Assembly (NCBI GenBank): GCA_963780165.1
Contig: CAWABB010000001.1
Span: forward strand, 2,219,591 to 2,283,590
Origin: an uncultured Ignavibacteria bacterium
GTDB lineage: Bacteria > Bacteroidota > Ignavibacteria > UBA10030 > UBA6906
Reading direction: 5' to 3'
Length of the DNA: 64,000 nt
The notes beneath the pieces were generated by a model, which saw nothing but the letters and a program-made list of their open reading frames with translations, did no database searches and was not told the DNA's origin. How positions within the stretch are numbered: position 1 is the first letter of the stretch; every line of letters begins with the position of its first letter. The translations under genes were made by a program, and so were the position numbers. This document shows positions 48,672 through 58,037 of this stretch, in pieces.

Positions 48672-49787
48672 TCACTTCTTCTGAAACGTCAGCATCTCGC
48701 GACACTCGGATGCCATCCACTTCACGCCGTCGGTTCTGAGTCGCTGCCTCCCGCTGTCGGCACGCTTCGGCAGATAGACCTTCCCGATCACCTCCATTCC
48801 GAGCTCCTTCGCGACGCCGGTCACGTCTGACGGGTAATCCAGCAGGCCGAACGGTCCGCCGACCGCCTCAGTAATCACCGAGACCCGACCGCCCGGCTTC
48901 AGAATCCGAGCGCTCTCGCGCATCAACGACTTCAACTTCATCATCGTCTCCGACCGCGCCGCGGCAGGGGAGAAATCAGTGTCCTCGCCGTGCGCGAAAA
49001 ACTCGGCCGGCGGGTCAAGCAGTACATAATCCACAGACAAGCTCTGCTCCGGAATTCCCGTCTGCAGGACGTTGGCCCTGTTGATCCTGCCGTCGGCGGG
49101 ATCAACATCGTACATGCGCACCGAACGGTCCTTGAAATAGGGGAGGGTCTCGATCACATCTCCTGTCGTGCCGCTGCCGGCCATCGGGTCCACGACGACG
49201 CCTCCCGGCGGGCAGTAATAATAGAGGGCGTTGGCCACGATCTGACCCGCCAACCGACCTTTGTACCCCGGCTTTCCGAACCGCGGATCGGGCGAATCGA
49301 TCGACCAGATATTTTTTTCCTTCAGATCAAACCCATACTTCGTGCGTTCATCCTCTCTCTTTGCCAGCTCATCTTCGCGGATCTTCTTCTGCAGATCGGA
49401 GATGGTCCACTTTGCGTGAATTGCCATCTTCTCGTAGTGATCGCGGCGCTTGCTCTCGTCCACCTTCGTGCCCAGCTCGAAGTAGAAGATGTCGGGCAGC
49501 GGACGCTTTTCGACGTCAGGGTAATATGTGTAGAACTGCTGGCACTGTTTCAGCATGTGGTACGGGAACTTGAAGCCTGGCATCTCGGAGAGTTTCTTGA
49601 GAATCTGGTCGGCGAAGATGCCTTCCTTGAGGGCCGCCGGAATGACACGGTCAACGAGGAATTTCCCGAGGTCCCAGTAGTTGTCCGCCGAAAACGTGCT
49701 CAACTTCTCGATGAGAGGTTCGAGCGACGACACATGAGTGGGACGGGGTGCCGGACGGGGTGCGGGTTTGCGCGCGGTTTTCTTCAT
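48672..49787 (-). CDS. Atypical SAM-dependent methyltransferase (motif I DPMAGSGTT, motif IV DPPA) with Lys/Pro-rich N-terminal extension; apparent orphan
   Basis: …GGVVVDPMAGSGTTGDV… (FxGxG-type SAM loop) and ~55 aa later …VLLDPPAEFFAHGED… (a (D/N)PP(Y/F) variant). N-terminal ~170 aa is KPAPRPAPRP-containing and helical. No restriction enzyme or second MTase adjacent. Confidence 0.55.
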   Translation of the reverse strand: MKKTARKPAPRPAPRPTHVSSLEPLIEKLSTFSADNYWDLGKFLVDRVIPAALKEGIFADQILKKLSEMPGFKFPYHMLKQCQQFYTYYPDVEKRPLPDIFYFELGTKVDESKRRDHYEKMAIHAKWTISDLQKKIREDELAKREDERTKYGFDLKEKNIWSIDSPDPRFGKPGYKGRLAGQIVANALYYYCPPGGVVVDPMAGSGTTGDVIETLPYFKDRSVRMYDVDPADGRINRANVLQTGIPEQSLSVDYVLLDPPAEFFAHGEDTDFSPAAARSETMMKLKSLMRESARILKPGGRVSVITEAVGGPFGLLDYPSDVTGVAKELGMEVIGKVYLPKRADSGRQRLRTDGVKWMASECREMLTFQKK

Positions 49788-49955
49788 GGCATCCTCGCGA
49801 AGAGTAGAGGAGAAAGATTGACAAAACAGGAGAGATTAAACCTATATACGCGAATTGTGAGTCTGACGCAAGAGGAAATGCCCCACTCGGGGTCGGGACA
49901 CCATGATCACAGGTGGCGTCGTGCTCCGCGAATTCCGCCAGCCGGGGACGGTGCG

Positions 49956-49984
49956 GTTTGAAAGGAACCGTCAGAAATGGTATA
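49956..49984 (+). promoter_or_regulatory. σ70-type promoter for the tRNA-Arg/tRNA-Glu pair
   Basis: TTGAAA-17 nt-TATATT, 12 nt upstream of the tRNA-Arg 5' end. Confidence 0.6.
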
Positions 49985-49996
49985 TTTAAATTCTTG

Positions 49997-50069
49997 GGGC
50001 CCGTAGCTCAACGGATAGAGCAACAGCCTTCTAAGCTGTAGGTTGCGCGTTCGATTCGCGCCGGGCCTA
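49997..50069 (+). tRNA. tRNA-Arg (anticodon TCT)
   Basis: Acceptor GGGCCCG/CGGGCCT (G1·U72). Anticodon stem ACAGC/GCTGT with loop CTTCTAA. T-arm GCGCG-TTCGATT-CGCGC. Confidence 0.85.
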
Positions 50070-50125
50070 CACGGCGTCACAGCGATTTCCTTTGTCCGTA
50101 CCCCACAGCGCGTCGTTGCTTTCCC

Positions 50126-50198
50126 GCCCCCATCGTCTAGAGGCCTAGGACACGAGCTTTTCAAGCTTGGAACACCGGTTCGAATCCGGTTGGGGGCA
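50126..50198 (+). tRNA. tRNA-Glu (anticodon TTC)
   Basis: Acceptor GCCCCCA/TGGGGGC. D-region TCTAGAGGCCTAGGAC is typical of tRNA-Glu. Anticodon loop TTTTCAA. T-loop TTCGAAT. Confidence 0.85.
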
Positions 50199-50208
50199 CA
50201 TCGCTTTC

Positions 50209-51750
50209 TCACCCACGAGGCTTGACAGACGCATCCTCACGAGCCTCATCCAACACCCGCCTGGTCCCGGCACTCCACAGAATCACGGCGGGCACACCTA
50301 TGGCCAGCGCCTGTGCTGGGAGGAAACCGGCTGCCTGTACCAGGAACGGCGCATCACGCGAGATCAGAAACGGCAGACAGACCATCAGCCAGATGGCAAC
50401 CGCTGCGGCGGGGCGGAATAGCTCCCGGTTCATGCACACTATTGCCACCAGCGACACCAGGATGTAGTTCCCGGGCGCAAACGGACTCGCCAGCGTCCCG
50501 AGGCTCACGAGCGAAAGCCAGACAGAGACTGCTTCTGTACCAGAACGTGGCTGGCGCTGCCCTGCCCAGATGGCCAGCGCAATGATTCCCGCAAGATAGA
50601 CCATCGAAACCACCCGCCCGACCTCGGGCGTCATTCCGGGAATCCCCAGCATACCGAGTTTGAGCGGAATCCCGAAGGGCGCCATATTCCTGGCAACTCC
50701 AAAACTCCGGGAGAGCGGGCGAGCAAATGCCTCCCCGCTGGAGAGGCGGGGGAGCTCGTATTCGAAGAATGCCTTGAAGGATGCCGGCCCCGCGACCAGG
50801 AATGCGATTACGGTCAGGAGAATCCCGGCCGCGGTGGTCCATGCCACCTCGCGCCACTGCCGGCGGGCAAGCAAATAGAGGAAGAGCATTCCAGGGAAGA
50901 TCTTTGCAACCATGGTGATGGCCAGCGCCAGTCCGCCGGCCGGGACGCGAAGGGAGAAAAGCACGAGCGCGATGGCGGAAGTCGCGAAGACGAGGATCTG
51001 GACGTTTGACATTTGCAGACCGACCAGCACCGGCATCGAGCACCACAGAAGCGGGGCCATGCCGATCACGCGGAGCCTGCCTTCGGGTTCCAGGCGGAAG
51101 GCAATCAAGCCTATTGCGAGCATAAGGGTGAGCGCACCCGCCGAAAACCAGACGGCACGCACCGCGAGAAACTCGCCACCGGTAATCGCCCGTATCGCGA
51201 TGGGGAGAAGAAGGAAGGTCGGGGGATAGTGGTAGAGGTCGACGTCGAACCCCTCCAGCTTCCTGTCGACGTAGTGTTCCTCCCTGTACACGTTCGGCTC
51301 GCCTTCAACGGCGAGTCGCGCGCTTTCAGTGTATGCAGTCAGGCAGCAGTGGTGAACGAGCCACTGGTCGCCCGGGAAGATGGAATGCTGATGCGCGCCG
51401 GTGTCGAGCATGAACATCGAGAGTCGTGCGGTCTGCACGACAGCTACCGCTGCAAGCACTACCCATGCGGCGCTGAGCGCGGGCTTCGTCTTCCGGACCC
51501 CGTCCAGTGTCCGGGGCAGTCGCCGTGCGAGCCAGAAGATTCCGATCACGACAATGGCAAGCACTAGGGGGATGGCCGCAAACGAGGGAAGGCCCGCACC
51601 CTGCAGGCCGACGTACCCGGGGAGGCCGGCACATGCGCCCACGACAGACGCGACCATGAAGCGCTCGATTCCAGGATGAACCCTCGGCGAGGGAGAGGCC
51701 GTCACATCGGCAGAGAGACCAGGCAGGATCTGGGAGGGATGATTGTCCAT
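50209..51750 (-). CDS. Polytopic membrane glycosyltransferase, GT87/DUF2029-like
   Basis: About 12 TM with DUF2029-like loops (…YHYPPTFLLLP…, …KIFPGMLFLYLLARRQW…). Start taken at the Met giving a sensible N-terminus (ORF 50209..52116). Confidence 0.6.
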   Translation of the reverse strand: MDNHPSQILPGLSADVTASPSPRVHPGIERFMVASVVGACAGLPGYVGLQGAGLPSFAAIPLVLAIVVIGIFWLARRLPRTLDGVRKTKPALSAAWVVLAAVAVVQTARLSMFMLDTGAHQHSIFPGDQWLVHHCCLTAYTESARLAVEGEPNVYREEHYVDRKLEGFDVDLYHYPPTFLLLPIAIRAITGGEFLAVRAVWFSAGALTLMLAIGLIAFRLEPEGRLRVIGMAPLLWCSMPVLVGLQMSNVQILVFATSAIALVLFSLRVPAGGLALAITMVAKIFPGMLFLYLLARRQWREVAWTTAAGILLTVIAFLVAGPASFKAFFEYELPRLSSGEAFARPLSRSFGVARNMAPFGIPLKLGMLGIPGMTPEVGRVVSMVYLAGIIALAIWAGQRQPRSGTEAVSVWLSLVSLGTLASPFAPGNYILVSLVAIVCMNRELFRPAAAVAIWLMVCLPFLISRDAPFLVQAAGFLPAQALAIGVPAVILWSAGTRRVLDEAREDASVKPRG

Positions 51751-51958
51751 GCGAATACTCCTCCACCTCAGGTGGAACGATCGGTGCGGGATCAAGGGCG
51801 GAAATCGTGCCCCCGCGCGCACCCTTGCACCGTGGATTTTCAAAGGACAGACTGTGAAGGGGCCAAGGAAGGAAAATAGACTGTAAAACACAAATCCTGG
51901 ATTGCTTCTCAGAGGTCCAGGCTGGATATTATGTGCAAACTCCAAGGAGGGTATCCCC

Positions 51959-52633
51959 ATGTTCATTGGACACGCCGCAGTTGCGTTCGCAGCCAAGAAA
52001 GCGGCGCCGAAGGCGTCGCTCGGATCCCTCATGATGGCCGCCCAGTTCATCGATCTCCTCTGGCCCGTCTTCCTCCTCTTTGGCCTGGAACATGTCCGCA
52101 TTGATCCCGGCAACACGGCGCTGACACCGCTTGACTTCTACGACTACCCGTTCTCGCACAGCCTTCTTGCGGTCGTTGTATGGGGATTCGTGTTCGGCGG
52201 GGCGTACTTCGCCGCACGACGCTACCGCACCGGCGCTATCGTGCTCGGCCTGCTCGTCATCAGTCACTGGGTGCTGGACTTCCTGACGCACCGTCCGGAC
52301 CTCCCGCTCGCACCCGGCAGCGAGACGCATGTCGGGCTCGGACTGTGGAACTCCGTTGCTGCGACATTGATCGTCGAAGGTTTGCTGTTCGCTGGATGCG
52401 TTGCCCTGTACGTACGAACGACGAAGGCGATCGACCGGATCGGAACCTATGCCCTCTGGGGATTGGTGGCGTTCCTTGTGGTGATCTACTCGATGAATGT
52501 CTTTGGGCCCCCCCCGCCCGACACCGGCGTCATCGCATACGCGGGGAACGCAAGCTGGCTCTTCGTTCTCTGGGGGTACTGGATCGACAGGCATCGTGCT
52601 GTGCGTGTGCAGGTTCTCTCCCCGGCATCATAA
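51959..52633 (+). CDS. Membrane-bound metal-dependent hydrolase, DUF457 (YbcI-like)
   Basis: AGGAGG-N8-ATG. MFIGHAAVAF…HSLL…HWVLDFLTH… is a DUF457-type His-rich motif in a 4–5 TM protein. Confidence 0.5.
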   Translation: MFIGHAAVAFAAKKAAPKASLGSLMMAAQFIDLLWPVFLLFGLEHVRIDPGNTALTPLDFYDYPFSHSLLAVVVWGFVFGGAYFAARRYRTGAIVLGLLVISHWVLDFLTHRPDLPLAPGSETHVGLGLWNSVAATLIVEGLLFAGCVALYVRTTKAIDRIGTYALWGLVAFLVVIYSMNVFGPPPPDTGVIAYAGNASWLFVLWGYWIDRHRAVRVQVLSPAS

Positions 52634-52659
52634 TACCACGAATCTATCCGATTCGAGCA

Positions 52660-53022
52660 ATGACACTCCATCGCAGCATTGCATGGGCGCTCGTAGCCCT
52701 TGGCATCTCCCAGCTCATCCTCGGGATCTCCTGGTCGTGGGAAGTCTGGGTGCGCGTCGCGCACGACGGATTCTTCGACGCGATTGACCCATGGATGGAC
52801 CGGAACGCCGCGTTCTGGTTCGCGTACCTGGGTCTGCCGATCATCTTCAGCGGCGCCCTCTGCCTGCGGCTGTTGAAGGATACCGGCAGGCCGCTCCCGC
52901 GCGGCGTGGGGATCTGGATGCTCTGCCTCGGCGCGATTGGCACGCTCTTCTTACCGGCTTCGGGGCTCATCTTCCTTGCCGTCCTCGGGGCGCTGGTTCT
53001 CCTCCCCGTGAAAACACGATGA
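52660..53022 (+). CDS. Small hypothetical membrane protein (4 TM)
   Basis: MTLHRSIAWALVALGISQLILGISW…; overlaps the next start by 4 nt. Confidence 0.5.
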   Translation: MTLHRSIAWALVALGISQLILGISWSWEVWVRVAHDGFFDAIDPWMDRNAAFWFAYLGLPIIFSGALCLRLLKDTGRPLPRGVGIWMLCLGAIGTLFLPASGLIFLAVLGALVLLPVKTR

Positions 53023-54182
53023 CACGCCCTCCGGGCATCCTCCTTCTGGCCGCCGTCGCTGCATTGGCGCTCGCGGCGTGTTCGCGCGACGTCCCGGCGC
53101 TCGTCGAAGAAGTGGAGACCGATTCAACGCAGCACAACCTGCGGGGTGTCTGGCGGGAGGAGGATCTCGCGGGAGGGGTGGACAGCATTATGGCGGAGTA
53201 CGCCGCCCTGGACGGTCCGGGCGCCGCGGTGCTCGTGGCACGTCAGGGGGAACCCCTGGTGATGAAGGGGTACGGCCTTGCTGAACTCGAGACGGCAAGA
53301 GCCGTCACGCCGACCACCAACTTTCGTCTCGCCTCTCTCACAAAGCAGTTCACTGCGACCGCCATCCTTATCTTGCGCGGGGAGGGGTTGCTGTCGCTGG
53401 ACGACCCAATTGTCAGGTACCTTCCCGAGCTCCCCGCCTACGCCAACAACGTAACGGTACAGCAGCTTCTTCAGCACATCTCCGGCCTGCCTGACTACGA
53501 AGATTATCTGAGGATCACTCACCTCGTCCCCGTCCGGGAACGTGAGGTCCCGTTCATGATCGCCGACGCGGAGTCGCTTCTGGCTCGGGAGGGGACGACC
53601 TACCACTACAGCAACACCGGGTACGCGCTGCTTGGCGTGATCGCCGAACGTGCCGCGGGATTGCCGTTCCCGGAGGTCCTTCGGACCCGGATCTTCGCGC
53701 CCGCGGGGATGGACGGATCGATTGCCTATGTAGCCGAGGGTCCGCCCGTGCGCGAGCGGGCGTACGGGTACTCACGCGCTCAGGTCTTGCGAAAGTGGAA
53801 GCGCACTGATCAGAGCATGACGAGCGCCGTGCTGGGCGACGGGGGGATTTATTCTTCGGTGCGCGACGTACTTCAGTGGGACAGGGCGTGGAATAGCTGT
53901 CTGCTTCTCGATTCGCTTACGCAGGAAGAGGCATACACTCCTGGGACGCTCGTGGACGGCTCACGGACGAAGTACGGATACGGCTGGATGATCGAGCACT
54001 ATCGCGGGCTGCGCGCTGTAGCGCACAGCGGCGGGACGATGGGGTTCACGCACTTCATGGTCAGGTTCCCGGAAGACCAGTTCACAGTCGTGATCCTGTC
54101 AAACCGCGACCAAACGAGCGTCGTCCCACTGGTCTTCCGGATCGTGGACCTGTATCTTGCCGGGACGACACCACCGGCATGA
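53019..54182 (+). CDS. Serine hydrolase of the β-lactamase/esterase family (lipoprotein)
   Basis: LALAAC lipobox. …FRLASLTKQFTA… (SxxK). …YSNTGY… (YxN-like). Confidence 0.8.
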   Translation: MTRPPGILLLAAVAALALAACSRDVPALVEEVETDSTQHNLRGVWREEDLAGGVDSIMAEYAALDGPGAAVLVARQGEPLVMKGYGLAELETARAVTPTTNFRLASLTKQFTATAILILRGEGLLSLDDPIVRYLPELPAYANNVTVQQLLQHISGLPDYEDYLRITHLVPVREREVPFMIADAESLLAREGTTYHYSNTGYALLGVIAERAAGLPFPEVLRTRIFAPAGMDGSIAYVAEGPPVRERAYGYSRAQVLRKWKRTDQSMTSAVLGDGGIYSSVRDVLQWDRAWNSCLLLDSLTQEEAYTPGTLVDGSRTKYGYGWMIEHYRGLRAVAHSGGTMGFTHFMVRFPEDQFTVVILSNRDQTSVVPLVFRIVDLYLAGTTPPA

Positions 54183-54240
54183 TGCCGCCACGGGGCACGT
54201 CCTCTCTCCGGCAAACGCCGGTGGCCCGATCCTCGTACCC

Positions 54241-55110
54241 ATGAGTACCGCCCACAGCGCAAAGACCCACCCCCGCCAGGATTCAATCCTCATCCGGGGC
54301 TGCAGTCTTGTGTGTCGGGAGCTGGGGGATGGTGCGCCCATCATCTTCATCCACGGGACGCTTGCGGGGATGGATACGTTCCGGCGGCAACTGCTCTGGT
54401 TCGGGCAGCGGGCCCGGGCAATCGCCTACTCGCGCCGGTTCCATCCGCCAAGCGGACCTAACGGTCCGGCCGGGCCGTACATGCTTGACGATCACGCCGC
54501 CGATCTGATCGCGCTCGTCCGGGCTCTCCGCCTCACCACACCCCATCTGGTCGGTTCGTCCTACGGTGCGTACGTCGCCATCCGGGCGTGCCTCATGGAG
54601 CCCGCCCTTGCCTCGTCGCTCGTTGCCGCCGAACCGCCGATGCTGCGCCTGCTCGGGCTGACACCCGAGGGTCGTGCTGCGCTCAGGGTCTTTCGCGAGA
54701 GGGGACTCGAACCTGCGCGGGAAGCGTTCGGCCGCGGGGATGATGACGGCGGCGTCGCGCATTTCTTCGACGGGATCCGCGGAGAGAGGGGGGCGTTTAG
54801 GGCACTGTCGAATCTGCAGCGTGCGGACCTTCTGCGGTTCGGACCGGAGCTAAGGATGGAACTGGCCTCCGACTTCGATCTCTATATGCCTCCGATCTCG
54901 CTCGAGGAGATGAAAGCGCTGAAGGTCCCGACGTTGCTCCTCTCAGGGGAAAAGAGCCCGAGGCTCTTTCACATCATCACGGACATGGTGCGCACCGCCA
55001 TCCCCGGGTCGGAGATGCGGTCGATCCCCTCTGCGGACCACAGCATCCACACCTCTGCCCCTGCCGCGTACAGCGACGCGGTGTGGGAGTTCATCTCCGC
55101 CCGAGTGTGA
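54241..55110 (+). CDS. α/β-hydrolase fold protein
   Basis: …IIFIHGTLAG…HLVGSSYGAYVA… (GxSxG nucleophile elbow) …SADHSIH…. Confidence 0.75.
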   Translation: MSTAHSAKTHPRQDSILIRGCSLVCRELGDGAPIIFIHGTLAGMDTFRRQLLWFGQRARAIAYSRRFHPPSGPNGPAGPYMLDDHAADLIALVRALRLTTPHLVGSSYGAYVAIRACLMEPALASSLVAAEPPMLRLLGLTPEGRAALRVFRERGLEPAREAFGRGDDDGGVAHFFDGIRGERGAFRALSNLQRADLLRFGPELRMELASDFDLYMPPISLEEMKALKVPTLLLSGEKSPRLFHIITDMVRTAIPGSEMRSIPSADHSIHTSAPAAYSDAVWEFISARV

Positions 55111-55242
55111 GTGGCAGTATCCCCGAGTCCTGCCCTGGACGCAGGGACCCCGAAGTCGTCTCCGGGCGACATCAGCCGGACGCCACAGCCTGGGGCGAGG
55201 CAACCCGGAGCATCGTGGTCCGATCCGAAGAGTTCCGAATCC

Positions 55243-57744
55243 TCAACCCCTGGCTCGAAACGCCCCGAAACCGTACCCCCTCGACCGCAAGGCGCGAATC
55301 AGATCCCCGAGGCGCGCGTAGAGTTTGTCGGTCCGTCGCGGATCGGTTCCAATATGCAGAAGCAACAACGCTCCGTTCAATCCCCTGCTTGAGGATTCCT
55401 CCACTCGCATCATTCGAGCCATGATCGAGTCGCTGCTTGCGTACTGCGCGCCCATCTCCGGGTGCGTGTAGTCCGCATTCGTGTACGTGCCCGGCGTGAG
55501 GTTCACGAGGGTGACCCCTACCGAATCGCACCATCGCGCCACCTCCAAATTGTACCATTCGTACGGCGGCAGGAAATACGGAGCCCGCTCCTTCGTAAGC
55601 CCGAACGGCGTCATGGCGCTGTAGTTTGCAGCCAGGTCCGCGAGGAATTCCCCCCTGGTCACCAGCAAGGAATCGCGTCGCGACCAGTCGGCATACAATA
55701 GATGCCGATCGGAGTGGGGGCCAAGATAGTGGCCGTCTGCCGCAAGCGAGCGGATGAGCGGGGCGAAGGCGGGATTTCTGTAGAAGTCTCCGGTAAAGAA
55801 GAATGACGCACGGACGGATTCCTCCTGAAGAGTCTTCCGTATGCTCTCTCCGCCGTCGGCGTATTCGTGCCCCGAGAACATCAGGTATACCACCCTGGAA
55901 ATTGTGTCCATCCTGACAATGCCGCCCTGATCGACGCGCGACGTTTGCAGCAATCGCTGTCCGTTTCCGTCCTGTTCCAGGAGTGCGAACGGGAGCGTGA
56001 GGCTCGCAGTCCCGTCCATTGTCGGTTCGTTCGTAGAGTAGTCGCCCCAGTCGTCGTGGTAGACCGCGAGATCAGACTGGAACGCACCAAACACGTCCGG
56101 CTTGCTGAGATGGATGCCGATGAGACCGTTGAATGTCGATCCGTAGACGGGTCCGTCCACCAACCCGCCGTCGATCGGGTACCCATACACATGGGAGAGG
56201 GCCGAATGGGGATCCTTCGGGGCCGTGCCCCACGGGGGGAGTCCGACGATCATGCTGGTCCCCCATGGATTGCACCCCAGGAGCCAGTCGCGCAACGAAC
56301 CCTGCATGGCCATATACGTGGAATCGATCGAGAGTTGCCCGTACAGCATGCTTTGGGCAAGCAACGCGCTCACGAGGTTGTTCGAGCACCAGATGAACGG
56401 GACTCCGAAGAGGAACGGGTTCGCGCGACCGCGGGCATACACAGTGTCGATGCCCCGTCGGAGTGACGCGATTGTGGAATCAGTTGTGCCGGGAGCGGAT
56501 GTCCGGCTATTGGCACGAGCGCGGAGAACGCGACCGTGATTCATGAATGGATACCACTGGTAGTGCCGCGCGCGGTCGGCCCCCATCCACGGCGTGAGCG
56601 GCTCGATCGCTGCATACGTCATCGCCTTCGCCTGGTAGCTGGTATCGCCCGTGAGCTCCCAGAGGGCTGCGGCGGCGAGCTCCATGTCGTCTGCCCAGCT
56701 GTCCTCCTCGTAGAAGTACGGTGCCTTGCAGGGGGCTGTCTGGCACACGCCGGGATGCTCTTCGCCGAACGCGAAAGCTGTCACCGCGCGTTCGTGGAGG
56801 AGGCGTGCGGCATCCGGATCCGACCCGGCGAACACGAGCGCGGCGAGGGCGAATGCGGAAGCGAACTTTCCTGCAGTCGAGGCGACCCCGGTGGTGCGGT
56901 TCTTGAACTCGAAGATCCCCTGCGGCTCGCCGTTGACAAAGTACACGGGGCGTTCCCGCCCGCGGCCGTAGTCGACGGTATCCTCGGTGGGAAGGCGAAA
57001 GCCCCGATGGTCCCGGTCGTCGGCAATCTGGTTGTACATCTCGCGCGGCGCGGGGTTCATCTTCAGGAGCCACGCGATTCCCCAGCCGGCCTCGTCAAGG
57101 ATGTCGGGGACGCCGTTCGCTCCGGGTCTGCCCGACGCGTCGAATGCATCCCGAAAAACTCCGGGCGCGACCCGGTAGGCGATCAGCATCGAGACGACGG
57201 CCGTGGCCGAGGTCGTCACATACTGCAGGTAGTCCGATGCATCATGCCATCCGCCAACGACGTCGATGAACGCGGAGTCGAATCCCGGGCGGTACACGAT
57301 GTATCCGTCTCGCGTATGACAGGAGTCGTTCAGGAAGGGGTTATAGCCGCACCTCTGCTGGCGCATGTAGCGAAGCAGGAAGTCCGCCGCCCCGTCGTAC
57401 ACATGGGGCCCGATGCGAAACGAGGGCGAGACCTCCCCGCCGGCGCGGATATAGTACGCTCCGTCGCTCGTGAACCGGGAGAAGTCAAGTCGATACGATG
57501 CGCGGAACGGTCCGTACGCTCCGCACGAGGCGATGGCGGTCGATCGCCAGACCGGATCGTGCGTGAGGGCATCGTGCAGGGCAAACTCCCCGACGTGCAG
57601 CGAGGTGTCCGACGTTCCGAGCACGGCCACTTTCGTCGAGACAGGCAGATAGCCGAGTTGATTGACGCGAATCCACGTGCCGCTCTGTGCGGTGGTGACG
57701 AGTGCCAGCGTGAGAAGCGTCGCGAGGCTGTTGGCCCTGGGCAT
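55243..57744 (-). CDS. Glycoside hydrolase family 9 endoglucanase (with N-terminal Ig-like CelD_N domain) fused to a C-terminal CE4-like polysaccharide deacetylase domain
   Basis: Signal MPRANSLATLLTLALVTTAQS. Ig-like N-domain. …DVVGGWHDASDYLQYV… is the GH9 DAGD-motif region with G→S. (α/α)6 barrel body. The C-terminal ~230 aa include …HSDRHL…, an H-S-x-x-H deacetylase-type motif. Confidence 0.7.
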   Translation of the reverse strand: MPRANSLATLLTLALVTTAQSGTWIRVNQLGYLPVSTKVAVLGTSDTSLHVGEFALHDALTHDPVWRSTAIASCGAYGPFRASYRLDFSRFTSDGAYYIRAGGEVSPSFRIGPHVYDGAADFLLRYMRQQRCGYNPFLNDSCHTRDGYIVYRPGFDSAFIDVVGGWHDASDYLQYVTTSATAVVSMLIAYRVAPGVFRDAFDASGRPGANGVPDILDEAGWGIAWLLKMNPAPREMYNQIADDRDHRGFRLPTEDTVDYGRGRERPVYFVNGEPQGIFEFKNRTTGVASTAGKFASAFALAALVFAGSDPDAARLLHERAVTAFAFGEEHPGVCQTAPCKAPYFYEEDSWADDMELAAAALWELTGDTSYQAKAMTYAAIEPLTPWMGADRARHYQWYPFMNHGRVLRARANSRTSAPGTTDSTIASLRRGIDTVYARGRANPFLFGVPFIWCSNNLVSALLAQSMLYGQLSIDSTYMAMQGSLRDWLLGCNPWGTSMIVGLPPWGTAPKDPHSALSHVYGYPIDGGLVDGPVYGSTFNGLIGIHLSKPDVFGAFQSDLAVYHDDWGDYSTNEPTMDGTASLTLPFALLEQDGNGQRLLQTSRVDQGGIVRMDTISRVVYLMFSGHEYADGGESIRKTLQEESVRASFFFTGDFYRNPAFAPLIRSLAADGHYLGPHSDRHLLYADWSRRDSLLVTRGEFLADLAANYSAMTPFGLTKERAPYFLPPYEWYNLEVARWCDSVGVTLVNLTPGTYTNADYTHPEMGAQYASSDSIMARMMRVEESSSRGLNGALLLLHIGTDPRRTDKLYARLGDLIRALRSRGYGFGAFRARG

Positions 57745-58037
57745 GAGAATCCTCCGTTGAGGGACAGTCTACAGGAGTGGCGCAAGAAAGGCAAGACGGG
57801 ATCGCAGTATGGGCGAGGAGACGGGGACGTTGGGTCGATGCCGCACCCCCGGGGTGCATTCTCCGAAGCAGTTAATTTCCCCCGACGCGCCGTGCTGGCC
57901 CATCCTGCGGGCAAAAACCAGCAGGAGGCGGGTTGCCGGCGAGTTTGAGCGGCAGGAGCGCGCCGTGCGGGGTGGCGCTTGACTCACACTCCCCGGATTG
58001 GTATCATAAACCCTGTTCTTTTGAAAGGACCCATTGT

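Noticed and set aside
49907-50212. ORF 49907..50212(-) overlapping tRNA-Arg and tRNA-Glu
   Set aside because: It covers two well-formed tRNA cloverleaves on the opposite strand. Its translation is tRNA-derived noise.
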